Below, piece by piece: positions 32,177 through 44,225 of a DNA stretch of 64,000 nucleotides; the first letter of the stretch is position 1, and every line of letters starts with the position of its first letter. Below the pieces are notes generated by a model. That model was not told the origin of the DNA and made no database searches. It saw nothing but the letters and a program-made list of their open reading frames with translations. The stretch covers positions 447,129-511,128 of the forward strand of contig NW_008246077.1 of the NCBI RefSeq assembly GCF_000281045.1. The letters are read 5' to 3'. The stretch comes from Saprolegnia diclina VS20. Its lineage: Eukaryota. The translations under genes and the position numbers were made by a program.

Positions 32177-34962
32177 ATGCACCTACGAGTGCGTGCGCTC
32201 GCCGACCACGCGATCCTCCGGCGCATCTACGAGCAGCGCTTGGTCGCGATCGACAAGTGCCGCGACCGGCTCCTTCAGAATGCCCGCGTGCAGGAAGAGA
32301 CGCTGACCAACATGCGCAACTACGTGGCGACGTCGCTCCAGAGCATGTACCGCGGCTGGAAAGGGCGTCTCGTGGCCGCCGACGTGCGACGACGGCACTA
32401 TGCTGCAATCGAGATCCAGCGCGTCGCCCGCGGCCTCTTGTACGTCGTTGGCATTCGTTAAATGTAGCGACCTTGTGTTTAGGGGACGTCGGGCGGCGCA
32501 GCGTGAGCGCCGCAAGCAAAACATGGTGCTGCAGAGCCCGTGGGCGATGAAGCAGCTTTTGGAGCGGAGCAAGCTCGTGCGCACGGTGGGCAGCTGGCAA
32601 GAGTGGTGCGACCCGTGGACGACCGAGTTTTTCTACTTTGAAATGTACACGCAAGACTCGCAGTGGCAGCCGCCGCCGCCCTACACGGCGTTCTTGCACT
32701 GCGATTGGGCCGAGTGCGGCTACGTCGCGACCACGATGCACGAGATTCACCAACACAAGCGCAGCGCCCACAAATGGTACTGCGACGTCTGCCAAGCGCG
32801 GAACGTCGGGTACTCGTTCCCGATTTGTCCCTACTGTGCCGTGGGCATGACGACCCCGGCTATTGTTGACGCCCGCGACTGGCCACTCGCGACGCGTCGT
32901 GCGTCGACAGTGACGGCACACGACACACATGACGTTGTACCCCCCGTGGCGTCGCCCAAGCGCCGTGACAGCGCGGTATCAAGCACCTTGATGCGTCGAT
33001 AGCTTGATCGTAGGGATAGGTGCGACGCGCGTCCTTGCGCCCGAGAACGGCTTCCATGGAGCCACCCCGCGATACAACCGACACGTCCGGGCTCCTACTC
33101 GCGACGACGGCCATTCGCCCGTGCGACTCGACGGCGTTCGACCACGTCATGTGGCTCAGCGCGTTCGAAGGCGTTGCCAGTGCGTTTGCAAAAGCCCAGT
33201 ACCCGAGCGGCAGTCTCTACGTCGGTGACTTTGCCGACGGTGCATGCCACGGGTGGGGCGAGTACTACTACGCCAACGGCGACCAGTATCGCGGGCAATG
33301 GGCCAACGGGTTTCGCCACGTACAACTACATTTCTGCGCTCTGTGGTCTCGAACCGGGAGTAGGGCTTTGGGCTCTGGGAAAGCGCGTGCGGCAAAACCT
33401 ACAAGGGGCAGTGGCGCGACGGCGTCAAGCACGGCGTCGGTCTTCTCACGTTTCCAAACGGCGAGACGTACGAGGGCGAGTGGGACGCCGGTGAGATCCA
33501 CGGACGCGGCGTGCACTCGAGTGCCAACGGCGACGTGTACGTTGGTGACTGGGACCATGGTGTCCACCACGGCTTTGGATCCCTTACCAAGGTACTCAGA
33601 CAAGTCGATCGCAACCCGTATACCGTATCGGTTGACAGGCGAATGGCAACTCGTACCGCGGTATGTTTGTGCACGGGCGAGCCGACGGTATCGGCATCCT
33701 CACGGCAGACGGCGAAGTCTACAAGGTATTGTGCGACAACATATGTTGCGATCGGAAGTCGGGTTAGGGCAACTGGGTCCGCGATGTGCGCGACGGCCGC
33801 GGCGTCTGCTTTTACGCCAACGGCAGCATCTACTCGGGCACGTGGGCCAACGACATGTGCGACGGCGCGGGCGTCTTTGTATCGGCGATGGGCGAAAAGT
33901 ACGTCGGCCACTGGCGCCGCAACCTCAAGCACGGGCGCGGCCGCTACGTCTTTGCCAACGGCGACATCTTTGACGGCACGTTTTCCGACAATATGGCCAA
34001 CGGTCTCGGCGTCTACCGCCATGTCGCGACCGGGGATGTGTACACGGGTCCGTTCGCCTCGGACAAGTACGACGGGCACAATGGCGTGTACGCCTGGGCG
34101 TCGGGCACGCTGTACGAAGGCGCGTTTGTCGACGGGCACATTCACGGCAAAGGTCGCATCACGTATTTCAACGGCAACAGTTATGCTGGCGACTTTGTGC
34201 AGGCGCAAAAGCATGGCTTTGGCGAGTTCAAATGGCCCAACGGCAACGTGTACCTGGGCGCGTTTGCGTTCGGCCGCATCAACGGCCGCGGCACAATGGT
34301 CTATTCCAGCGGCCACACGTACGACGGCGACTGGGTCGACGGCACGCGCCACGGAAGCGGCACCTTTATCTACGCGAACGGTGACGTCTACGACGGCGAC
34401 TGGGTCCACGACGAGTTTCACGGCATCGGCATGTACACGTGGCGCCCCGGCAGCTCGCTCCAAGAGGCCTACGAGGGCGAGTGGCACCACGGCATTCGAC
34501 ATGGCCGAGGCACGTATACGTATGTGGACGGGACCATCTACGACGGCGATTGGGTGTCGGGCAAGCGGCATGGCCACGGACGCTACCTCTGGCCCAACGG
34601 CGACTACTACGACGGCGCTTTTGACGACGAGACGCAGCACGGCGACGGGGTCTTCCAGGCTCACGTACGCTGCTAGCACCATTGGGTCGTTGATAGCACC
34701 GATGACGTAGGGCGGCGACCGGTACGAAGGCGCGTGGGAGCGCAACGTTCGGTCGGGTGCCGGGCGCATCGTATACGCCGATGGGAATGTGTTTGTTGGG
34801 AGCTTCTCCAACGGGCGCCGCCACGGTCCTGGCACCATGACATACGCCGACGGCAACGTCTACGCAGGTCTTTGGCTCCACGACGAGCGCCAAGGCGGCG
34901 GCATCTACACCTACCACGCGACACCGACCGACACACTGCGACTCCGCGTCTTTGGTGTCTAG
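32177..34962 (+). CDS. Multi-exon protein: 2 IQ motifs, WW domain, Zn-finger motifs and a long MORN repeat array (start uncertain)
   Basis: ATSLQSMYRGWKGR and AIEIQRVARG (IQ); WQEWCDP..FFYF..SQWQPP (WW); CDWAEC..HKRSAH and WYCDVC..CPYC; many YxGxW..gxxHGxG MORN units; last exon ends LRLRVFGV* at 34962. Confidence 0.8.
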
Positions 34963-35194
34963 TTGCCTGGACGGGCGAGTCTTGAACGCACATACCACAT
35001 TTGCCAGTTGCGTATATCGTGTGCTGTGCAGTGCGCAAGCCCGGTGACCTAACCCCAGGCGCAACCTCGATGGTTCCTGCATGAGATTGACAACGTGTGG
35101 TCTATGAACGTGCGTTCGTGGTCAAGTTGTCTTGTGTTATGTATTCACGTTGCTCAATGCGTTCAGGTATACACACGTAGTATGTCCGAGCGTC

Positions 35195-37813
35195 TCAGAG
35201 ACCGAGAATGTCGTCCATCAAGCTCTCTTCTTCATTGCTAAGAACGCTCGGGACGGGCCGTGGCGTCCAGTCCATCGCCCTTGCGTCGTCATTGGTCTTG
35301 CCACCGGCCACGGGTGCGCTCGAGAGCGTGCGTCGGGACGCCGTCATCTCGGGGCCGCCGAGACCGAGGCTTTCGGCCGGTGTTGGTGGCGAGTTGACCG
35401 TCGCCGGTCGGCCGTCAGGAATCTCGATGTCGACAAAGGTCTTTTCGAGCTCCTTGAGCGTCGCGGGCTTGACGTCGCTGAGGCGTTGAAGCACGCGGCT
35501 CTTGCCGATAAGGCGCTGACTGCAAAGCGCGACGTCCATGGCGGCGCGCCGGACCTTCTCGTTCGAGTGCGCGAGGGCTTTGGCGACGGCACTTAGCACA
35601 AGCGACGCGTGCAGCTGCAGCGCGCCGGCGTCGGCGTCGGTCGTCAAGCCAAACTCGGGCACGAGCAACCGAAGCACGTGCATTTGCACGAGCGCGTCCG
35701 TCTCTTTATGAAACACGCACGCAATGGCTCCTTGCATCGTGTGCACGTTGAGGCGCGCGAGCTTGAGGAGGCAGCGGCAACTGCCTTTTGACGTCCGGTT
35801 GTTGGGCTTTTGCATGCCGCGGAGTAGCCGTCCGATGCACTGCAACGTCAAGTCCTTCACCAGCGCATCGCGCCAGTCGATGTGCGGGCCGTAGATCTTG
35901 ATCAGCGTCGAGAAGAGGTCGATGGCGCCGTTGATGACTGGTGCGATCGAGTCGTAGAGGCAGTGGTGGACCACCGCGGCGTAGCCGACAAAGTGAGCTT
36001 GGGTCGGGCTGCCGGCCGTGGGTTTGACGTCGCGGAGGTCCGACTTGGTTTCGATGACGGCCTTTTCAATGTCGGCGAGCGCCTCTTTCCGGTCGCTCCA
36101 CGTCTTGCTCTCGAGCTTGCGCCACGCGACGGGCCCGACGACCGTCTCGGCGGTGCCCATGGCCGCGACCACCATCGCTAGCACAGCCGCATCGTCTTCT
36201 CGGAGCACCTCGATGAGCACGGGTTCGGGCTCGGCTTGCTGATTGTTGTGGCTGCTATTGTTGTTGTTACTACCGGCGGCAGTGGGCGCCGATGGCATCT
36301 CGGGTGCGTGGTTGTTGCCCGGCCCTTCGGTCTTGATCTCGTCGACGCGTCGCGCGAGAACCTTGAGCATTGCAGGCTTGACGCCGACGAGGCCTTCGAG
36401 CGTCGCTTTGGCGTCGACCGACCGCACGATGGTCGAAGCCGCAATCTCCAACGCCAGTTTCCGCGTCTTTTCGTCGACGATTTTGAGCGCGGGAACGGTC
36501 CAGCTGAGCACCCGCTCGGTCGTGAGCGTGTCGCTAAAGCCGAGGTCGGCGACCATGTCGTGGATGAGCTCGAGGCGCGGGCGGTCCAGTGGCTCGGCCT
36601 CAAACGTAGTCATGAGCAATGGGAGTGCCGGGAGCTTGGGTGCTTTGAGCAGCCGCAAGATACCATGCAGCGCCTCGCGTTGCGTGCGCTTGTTCGAGTC
36701 GTGGAGCTTCCCGAGGAGTGACTGCAAGAGAGCGTGCAGCTGTGGATGCACGGACGCAAACCGCTTGGGCTTGGCGCTCACGAGCGGTGCAAAGGCGGCG
36801 AGCACGTGCTGGAGGCACTCGAGCGCGCAGTACATGACGGGCGCGACGCGGTCGACGACGCCGCAGTTGATGGCGGCGAGCGCCGCACTCAGCGTCGACG
36901 CCGGTGCCGACGCATCGAGCTTCTTGACAAAGATGCCGATCGCGTCAAAGCCATCTTGACGGTCGCCCCACGGGTCGGCGCCCAAGAGCCGCGCGACACG
37001 TTCGCCAAACGTCGACGTGATGGCGGCACCGGCGTCGAACGGCGGTGCATCGGGCGACGACGGCGTCTCGGCCGCCAGCGTCGGCCCGCTCGTCTCGGGC
37101 GGCGGCTCTTCGCCCATATAGGCCGACGCCAGAATCGGCGCGTTTTCATGGAACGACGGCGCCCGCGACTTTTTGGGTTTGGCGACTGGCGCCATGTCTT
37201 GGTTCGTGCCGTCGCTCTCCGCCATGCTGGCGCGCTTGGCGGGCGATGCGGCCGCGGGACGCTTGACCGGCGACCCCATCGCGCGCTTCGCCGGCGAGGC
37301 CACGGGACGTGACAAGGGCGATGTCGGTGCTGTCGACCGCTTCATGGGTGAGCCCACGGGCCGCTTGGCTGGGGACGCCGGTGGCCGTTTCATGGGCGAC
37401 GCCGGTGCCCGTTTGACCGGCGATGGCGGTGCGCCGTCGGTGGTCGTGTCGTCGGCGGACGGGCCGGGCACCGATGCATCCTGCTGCGGCTGGCCCATGA
37501 GCGACGGCTCCACCGGAGCTTTGCCCACAACGACGAGATCGGCGAGCACATCGGCGGGCGGCTCATTGTTGGAGGTCGCGTCTTCGGTCGACGAACTGAG
37601 GTGGTCGTCGTCGCCCTTGGCGTCGATCTCCGAATCGTGGTGCTCGATATCGTCGTCGTCGTCGTCTTCGTCGTCGACCGCGAGCGACGGCGAGCTGCCT
37701 TGGTTGGTCAACGCGTTCGCCGCGTCCTTTGGCGGCTTGCGCCCGAGGCTGCTCGAGATCTTGGACTTGAGGCGGCCCATGACGCCTTTCTTGGCCTCAG
37801 TTCCGACGGGCAT
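35195..37813 (-). CDS. Twin TOG/HEAT-domain protein (CEP104/CLASP-type TOG-like) with disordered N-terminus
   Basis: Likely start MPVGTEAKK at 37813; two homologous blocks: ADPWGDRQDG..DRVAPV..KLHDSNKRTQ..VKPAML and SKTWSDRKEA..DSIAPV..HSNEKVRRAA..VKPATL. Confidence 0.75.
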   Translation of the reverse strand: MPVGTEAKKGVMGRLKSKISSSLGRKPPKDAANALTNQGSSPSLAVDDEDDDDDDIEHHDSEIDAKGDDDHLSSSTEDATSNNEPPADVLADLVVVGKAPVEPSLMGQPQQDASVPGPSADDTTTDGAPPSPVKRAPASPMKRPPASPAKRPVGSPMKRSTAPTSPLSRPVASPAKRAMGSPVKRPAAASPAKRASMAESDGTNQDMAPVAKPKKSRAPSFHENAPILASAYMGEEPPPETSGPTLAAETPSSPDAPPFDAGAAITSTFGERVARLLGADPWGDRQDGFDAIGIFVKKLDASAPASTLSAALAAINCGVVDRVAPVMYCALECLQHVLAAFAPLVSAKPKRFASVHPQLHALLQSLLGKLHDSNKRTQREALHGILRLLKAPKLPALPLLMTTFEAEPLDRPRLELIHDMVADLGFSDTLTTERVLSWTVPALKIVDEKTRKLALEIAASTIVRSVDAKATLEGLVGVKPAMLKVLARRVDEIKTEGPGNNHAPEMPSAPTAAGSNNNNSSHNNQQAEPEPVLIEVLREDDAAVLAMVVAAMGTAETVVGPVAWRKLESKTWSDRKEALADIEKAVIETKSDLRDVKPTAGSPTQAHFVGYAAVVHHCLYDSIAPVINGAIDLFSTLIKIYGPHIDWRDALVKDLTLQCIGRLLRGMQKPNNRTSKGSCRCLLKLARLNVHTMQGAIACVFHKETDALVQMHVLRLLVPEFGLTTDADAGALQLHASLVLSAVAKALAHSNEKVRRAAMDVALCSQRLIGKSRVLQRLSDVKPATLKELEKTFVDIEIPDGRPATVNSPPTPAESLGLGGPEMTASRRTLSSAPVAGGKTNDDARAMDWTPRPVPSVLSNEEESLMDDILGL

Positions 37814-37962
37814 CGATGTCGTCGCGACCGCCTCCGAATTGGCACTGAGTGCGGCCGAAACCCACGCCGACTCTCTCGAAATAGCCAACGCCCGCCAACG
37901 TTGGCCTAATTTAGCACACACCCCGAGCCCTACTACGTCATATTGGCAAACGTTATTATCGT

Positions 37963-40900
37963 CTACGAGCCAAGCCCAATGCCGACGAGACCGCTCGTGG
38001 TGGCGAGGACGCACGACGTCCCGAGCGCATCGAGCGCAAACCCCGGGTCGCACTGGCACTTGCCCGGTCCGGATGGAAACGAGTTGGGCGGACACAAGGA
38101 CGTGCACACGCCATTGTCGAGGAGGTAGCCGTCGTCGCACTCGCAGGCGCCGGCGTTGGTGAGCGACGCGTGGGCGTGGTCAGGACACAGTTCCGCTGTC
38201 ATTGCTGCGCCAGGTAGAACATCTGCCGGTAGCGGGTCTGCAGACGGCATCGGCGCTGCGTCGACCGGTGCGACACTGACGGACGAGACGCCGACAGACG
38301 CGACGGACGCCGGTGGCGACTCCCCCGACTTGGGCTCGGTGTGGGCCTTGACACTGCTAATCTTGATGCCAATCGACTTTTTCACTATGCCAATGTGTGT
38401 TGATACATTGACACGGAGCGATCGACAGTTGTACCTTTGTGAGGCTTGGGCGCGTCTTGGGATGGTTCCGTGCACGCCGTGTTGTGAGCGCCACTCTCGC
38501 CCACAAAGCCGATGAGACACTCACCGCAGGTGTTGGTGACAGCCAAGCACTAGGTGTAGGGTTATAAAACGGACCACATCGAACCCGTCGCCATACCGGT
38601 TCACGGCCCAAAGCGTCGCAGGCCGGCGCGTAGGCGCAATCGACTTCTTCGAGAATCAGCGGCGGTGGGCCATGCGTCGGCACAGCATTGTCCACCCGCA
38701 GCAGCGGCCCCAGCACCCCAAAGCTCCCGAGTGTCTCGGTTTGAATGTAGATATCGTACAGCGTGCCTTCCGCTAGGCCGTCGACGAGCAACGTTGCCTC
38801 GAGCATCGATGCGTTCCCGAGCACATGCGTCTTGGTGCGGTCACTCGTTGGCGTCGCAAGCTTGCGCGCCGGCGAGTAGTGGATGATGCCCACCGTGTTG
38901 AGTACAACGTGCACATTGAGAGCGTCGTTGCGGGCGTCGGTGGCCGAGACGTTGACCCGGTCGACGACCGGCGCCACGTCCGACGACTTGATCGCGTCGA
39001 GGCGCGCGACCGTGCCGTAGACACCGTGGCTGCCCACCGTCTCGGTCACGAGCAGCACGTCGTACGTCGTGTTAGCCAAGGGCACATCGACGTCAAACGT
39101 CCCCGCGTCACCGAGCAGACTCTTTTGTGCGACGATGGTCTGGTCCAAGCCGAGAACGTTGCCATAGATGACGTCAGGCGCCGTGGGCCGCCAGCGCGAG
39201 GCCATTGTGACAAGACAGTGGAGCACGCCGTGCGTGTTGAGCTTGTAGTGCAAGCGCAGCTGGGACGTGGACGCTGGCGTCGGCGCCGCCTCGTGGGCGA
39301 GAAGCAAAGGCGCGTGGCCAAACGTCGAAATGTTGCGGAGGACCGTGATGGGGCCGTAGATCCCCGCGTCGCCGTTCGTCTCGACGACCAAGTGCAGCGA
39401 GTAGTTGGTGTTTTGCACCAGCAGCTGCAGCAGCTCGGTATGCAGCGTGGTCGACGCCGGCACCGACCGACGCCACTTGACTTTTTCGTATCCGTACCGG
39501 TGCCAGTCGTCGTTGCTACCGCGCGGTTTCTTGGCGCTTACGTTGTAGACCGACGCCACCTCAATGTGTTCGCTGTCGTCGCTGACCATAAAGTGCACAA
39601 CGCCAGGCGCGGACAAGGCGAAACTGAGCTCCAATTCGGTCGTCGACGCTGCCTTGGGCTTGGCGGTGACGCTTGTGAACCGCGGGGCCGGTGGGTGGGT
39701 TCGCACGGACGTCCGACGCCACATCGACACGACGCCGTGGCTGCCGACCGTCTCGGTTGCAATAAACACATCGTACGACGTATTGGGCGCTAGCAATAGT
39801 CCGTTTTCGAGAAATAGAACATGGTCTTTCACTTCGCGCTGCGGCGCTGCCACGTCATGTGTCTCGTTCAACAGTACACAGCGTGGGTTTGTCATGGCGC
39901 AGTTGGCCGGCGTCACAAGCGTATGGACAATCGCGCCATCCTCGACACCGTCCAAGTCGACGACAACGTCGATGCCGGTCGTGTTGCCGTACGTCGGCTC
40001 GGCCCGGTACGCCCGAAGCCGCGGCGCGAGCGCATGGGTTGTCACAGCCACCGTGGTGGTGGCCGTGGCGTTGAAGTTGGCGTTGACCGTCGAGAAGACG
40101 CCGTCACTGCCCTGCGTCTCGGCCGCAAAAAACGCATGGTACGACGCATGCGGCTGCAAATGACGGATTTCGGCGTGGTACGTGACGACGACCGCGTCAC
40201 TAGCGTCGCTTGCCACCGTGTTTGACAGTTGCATGGGCCCGGCGGCCACGACGCTCTGCTGTCCGGGCGCCACGCGGTGAAAAGGTGTGTCCCGTGGCAG
40301 GTGCAGGTCCGATCGGCCGCCAAAGGCGTCGCTCGTCAAGACAAAGTAGGGATCCCGGCCACAGTCACGTAGACACGTCATTTGCCACGTCAAAAGCACA
40401 CCATCCGTCGTCCCATCGATGGGCGACGCTGAGAGTACGTCGTACGCTAGAGAGAGGTTGGTGTAGTCGGCGTGCGTGCGCACGGGCGTGCACACGACAG
40501 CGTCAAAGACACCTTCGCTCGCGTCAGTCTCCGGCACCGCGCAGAGCTCGTAGAGAGATCCGGGACGCAGCGATTTAAACGTTTTGGACGCGCCGTGGTG
40601 CTTTTGCCAGTCGTCGCGCGACACGGAGAGCGTGCCGTTGTCGACAACCCCGAGCCCGAGGCGGTCGAGCGTCGCGGCCTTGACGTCATTGGCGGTCAGC
40701 GTCGTCACCTCCAGTGCACTGATCGGACAAGTCTCGTTCGCTGGCATCTCGGTGGCATTGCGCGTGTCTTGCACCACGTAGAGTCCCCGGTGGAGTAGAA
40801 TGTAGTGCACGTTGCCAAACGACGAGAGGCCAAGTTCGAGCTCGATCGACGTCGCGGTGCCGACCGACGGCGTCACGCGCAGCAGGTCGAACGTCGGTGG

Positions 40901-43629
40901 CGGCGCATGCGTCGTGACCACATGGGGCGGCGGCAGCCCGACGCCAAAGACGCCGTCCGAGTGAAACGTCTCGGTCGCCAAGTAGACGTGGTACAACGTG
41001 GCGCTGGCGAGCGCCTCGAGCGTCACCGTGTTGTTGTAAACGTCAAGCGGGTGCCACTCGGTGACGTTGACGCCGTGGACCGTAGCATTGCGCGCTTCGT
41101 AAATGCGCTCAGTGACGTCAAAGAAGCCTCGGCGAACGTTCGGCTGGACAACGTTGCTGGTCCGAAGCACAGCCGGGTCGTCAAAGTCGATGTCGCTCAC
41201 CATGTAGTGCACCCGCCCGGGCGACGAGAGGTTGGCGGTGATGACGATCGAATCGACCGACGCGTTCACGGGCAGCACAACCGACTGCAAAATCGTTGGC
41301 GCCAGCGCGAATGTTGTGAGGTTTTGCACGGCGAGAGAGTCGCTATAGACCTCGGACGACGTGTTGCCCGCGTACGCAGTCTCGAGGAGCACGAAGAGCG
41401 AGTACGATGTGTTGGGCTCCAAGTTTTCCAAATTCAACGACGTCCGCGCATGACGTGGCAGCTCCACGCGCCGCTTGGGATGCATTAGGAGTGCCTCTTT
41501 CGACGGTAGCGTCCAATCGTCGCATTCGGTCGTCGGCACGATCAACGAATGCACAAAGCCCACCGCGGTCGTCGTGAGGCTCGCGTCGAGGACGGACGCG
41601 ACGCCGGGGCGGTGCCGCAGCGTCAAAGCCTCGACCGTGGGTGCGGTAGCGTGGGTGCGCAGCGGGGCCAGAACCACGCGGTCGCTCTCGACGCCATACG
41701 CCGTGACGGAGTGCACTTGAACATCGTAGAGCGTGTCGGCCGAGAGGTTTCCGAGAATGCCAGTCGACGGCAGCTCGGTGCAGTGATCTTTCATTGTGCG
41801 ATTGCTATCGCTCGTGTAGCAAACACGGAGCATATCGCGGCGGTCCGACGACGATGCGTGGATCTCGAGTTGGGACGTCGAGCTGCGTACAGGACTGGAC
41901 GCGGCCACGGTAACGTCACCGGCGCGCTCGTGCGTGCGCGCCTCGACGTTGGCAAACGGCGCGCTGTAGACGCCATGGCTGTCGCTCGTCTCGGCAAAGA
42001 CGAGAAGACCGTATGTTGTCGACGCCTCCCAACCGCCCAACGCCAACTGAACGGTGTACGACTGGTTGGCATGCGTGTGCACGTCGAGCAGCGTGCCGAT
42101 CGGGGCGCTGACATTGGTCAACGCGTGCACCGTCAAGTGCGTGAACGAAGCATTGTACGTGGTGAGGTACGGCGCCAGCTGCGACTGCACTCCAAGTGGC
42201 ACTTCGCGAAACGCGCGAGGCAGCCCAATGACGAAATGGACGTCGCCCGGATGGTCCAGCGTCACGGTCGCCACCAAAACGTCCGTCGTGGTGTTTTGGG
42301 CCATGACGGTGACCGCGTCGACACGCGGCGCCGTCGCATGCGTCGCACACATGCCCGAGGTCGCCACGACATTGCTGAAGACGCCGTCGCTCTGCACCGT
42401 CTCGAGCACAAACGCCAGCGCGTATGTCGTCCCGACGTTGAGCGACGAGACGTTGACAGCAACGTCGACCGACGTCGCGGTCGCCGAGACGAGGTCCGCA
42501 GAATCGGTGGGTTGCGTCGGGAGCGAGAACCCAAGTGTCCCGACGGACTGCGTCGTCGAGTTGGCAGCCGACGTGATTGCCCGCCCGTCTGCAAACACCG
42601 CGTCGTCGTCGCTATTCGCGATGTAGTGGATGTGGTACTGGAGCGCTTTCAACGACGCTCGCACATTGTGGCTCTCGAACGCAACGCGAGGAAACTCGAG
42701 GCGGAAGGTGACTTGGATGCTCGAGGTGGACGCGTCCAGCGGCGCGCACTGGAGGCGTCCGAGGCTTGGCGCGACCGCAAACGTCGTGAACGCGTGCTCA
42801 ATGTACCCCGGTGCACTGAGCACGCCGTGGCTGCCGTCGACTTCAGCGACGTACCACACATCGTACGTGGTGAACGGCGCGAGTTGCGTAATGTTGACCA
42901 GCGTGCCGTTGGCGATATACGCGCTGCGCGTCGCGCCCGTCATGTTGTGCCAAATGTCGAGCGACGATAAGTTCTGACTGGCCTCGACGGGAACGACGAC
43001 GTAGTGCAAGAGCCCCGGAAACGTCACGTTGATGGAGAGCGCGGCCATGGTTGTCGTCGCATGCTGAGCCCAGTGGTCGAGGACGCGCACGAGCGGCGCG
43101 TCCGGGTGCGTTCGTGTGCCGTTGACCGACACGACCTAATACGATATGACGATAAAGGGCAAACTCAAAGTGCAATCTCGCACCGTGCCAAAGACGCCAT
43201 TGCTCTTGGACACTTCTGCGACAAAGTACACGTCGTACGAGGCGTTGGGCGTGAGCGATGACACGGACCAGCGCAAGCGCTGCGCCGTCTCGGACACGAG
43301 GGTGCTCGCGGCGACGACGCCCATTGCCGACGCGTTGCCGATGGCCGCGGCCTTGATGTCTTCAGCGAGCAAGGCGTCACGACCAGAGTCGACAATTGCG
43401 TAATGCAAGTCGGCCGGCGCAGTGAGGTAGAAGGCGAATGCCAGCGCCCCCGCAGTGCCATTGAGCACTTCGACGTGCCCTGTCGAGAGCAGCTCCTTGC
43501 GTGCGACTACGCACACCGTGTTGTGACGGTCCATGTGTCATTGCCAATCAAATCACCTGTCATTGTCGTCTTGGCGTGCACGCCGAGCGCAAGCAGCCAT
43601 GCGCACAGCACAGCCAGCAGTGTACGCAT
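37963..43629 (-). CDS. Large secreted protein with 13 tandem FN3-like modules, Cys-rich segment, Ser/Pro linker and EGF-like C-terminus; about 5 exons
   Basis: Signal exon MRTLLAVLCAWLLALGVHA (43629) spliced to ORFs 43136-43534, 38357-43132 and 37963-38520; repeated L.PxTxY.(V/L)..xET.xSxGV..TH.xAP motif; CECDDGY..C..CPPNS..CQCDPGF tail. Confidence 0.8.
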
Positions 43630-44225
43630 CACCACCCGCCGTTTGATCCACAGCCAATTGAGATCTGGTTGCGATCTTTCCGAAAAGCCAGCGATCTTTC
43701 ATCGACAGTCACCAGTTGGCGGGCCTTCGAGAATCCCAAGCCCTCGGCTTTCACGTGCGAGACGCCAGCCCACCACAGCGCGTCCACCACTCTATCGTAC
43801 GACTAGTCACATGCGTCGACAGCTTTGACCACTGTCGACGGGTCCAAAGCCATTGACACGAATCACCGCAACATGAACCCATGATATGTCCCATCTTAGC
43901 CCGCAAGCCAAACGTCGGGCCGTGAGCCACAAGGAGTATAGCCGGCGCCCATGGCGTCGGCAACGGTCGCTGCGCTGGCCGGCGCGCCTCGTCCCACAGC
44001 ACCGGCGGCGGGCGCTTGCGGTCCGAGCGCCTCGGATGATTTCTTGTGGCCATTCATGTGGCTTTGCCCGATCTTGCACGTGTGGCGTAAAATATTATGC
44101 ACGCGTTTTATTGTATAGCTTACACTTTGTATGGCATATTGGAGGAAATAAAATAAATTACAATCGTGGCGCATTCTATTGCCCATCGCATTTCCAAAAT
44201 TGCCATCAAGCGGAGACGAACAGAG

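Noticed and set aside
37814..38140. N-terminal 109 aa of the 981-aa ORF
   Set aside because: Overlaps, in another frame, the EGF-like last exon of the FN3-like gene; the TOG gene more likely starts at 37813
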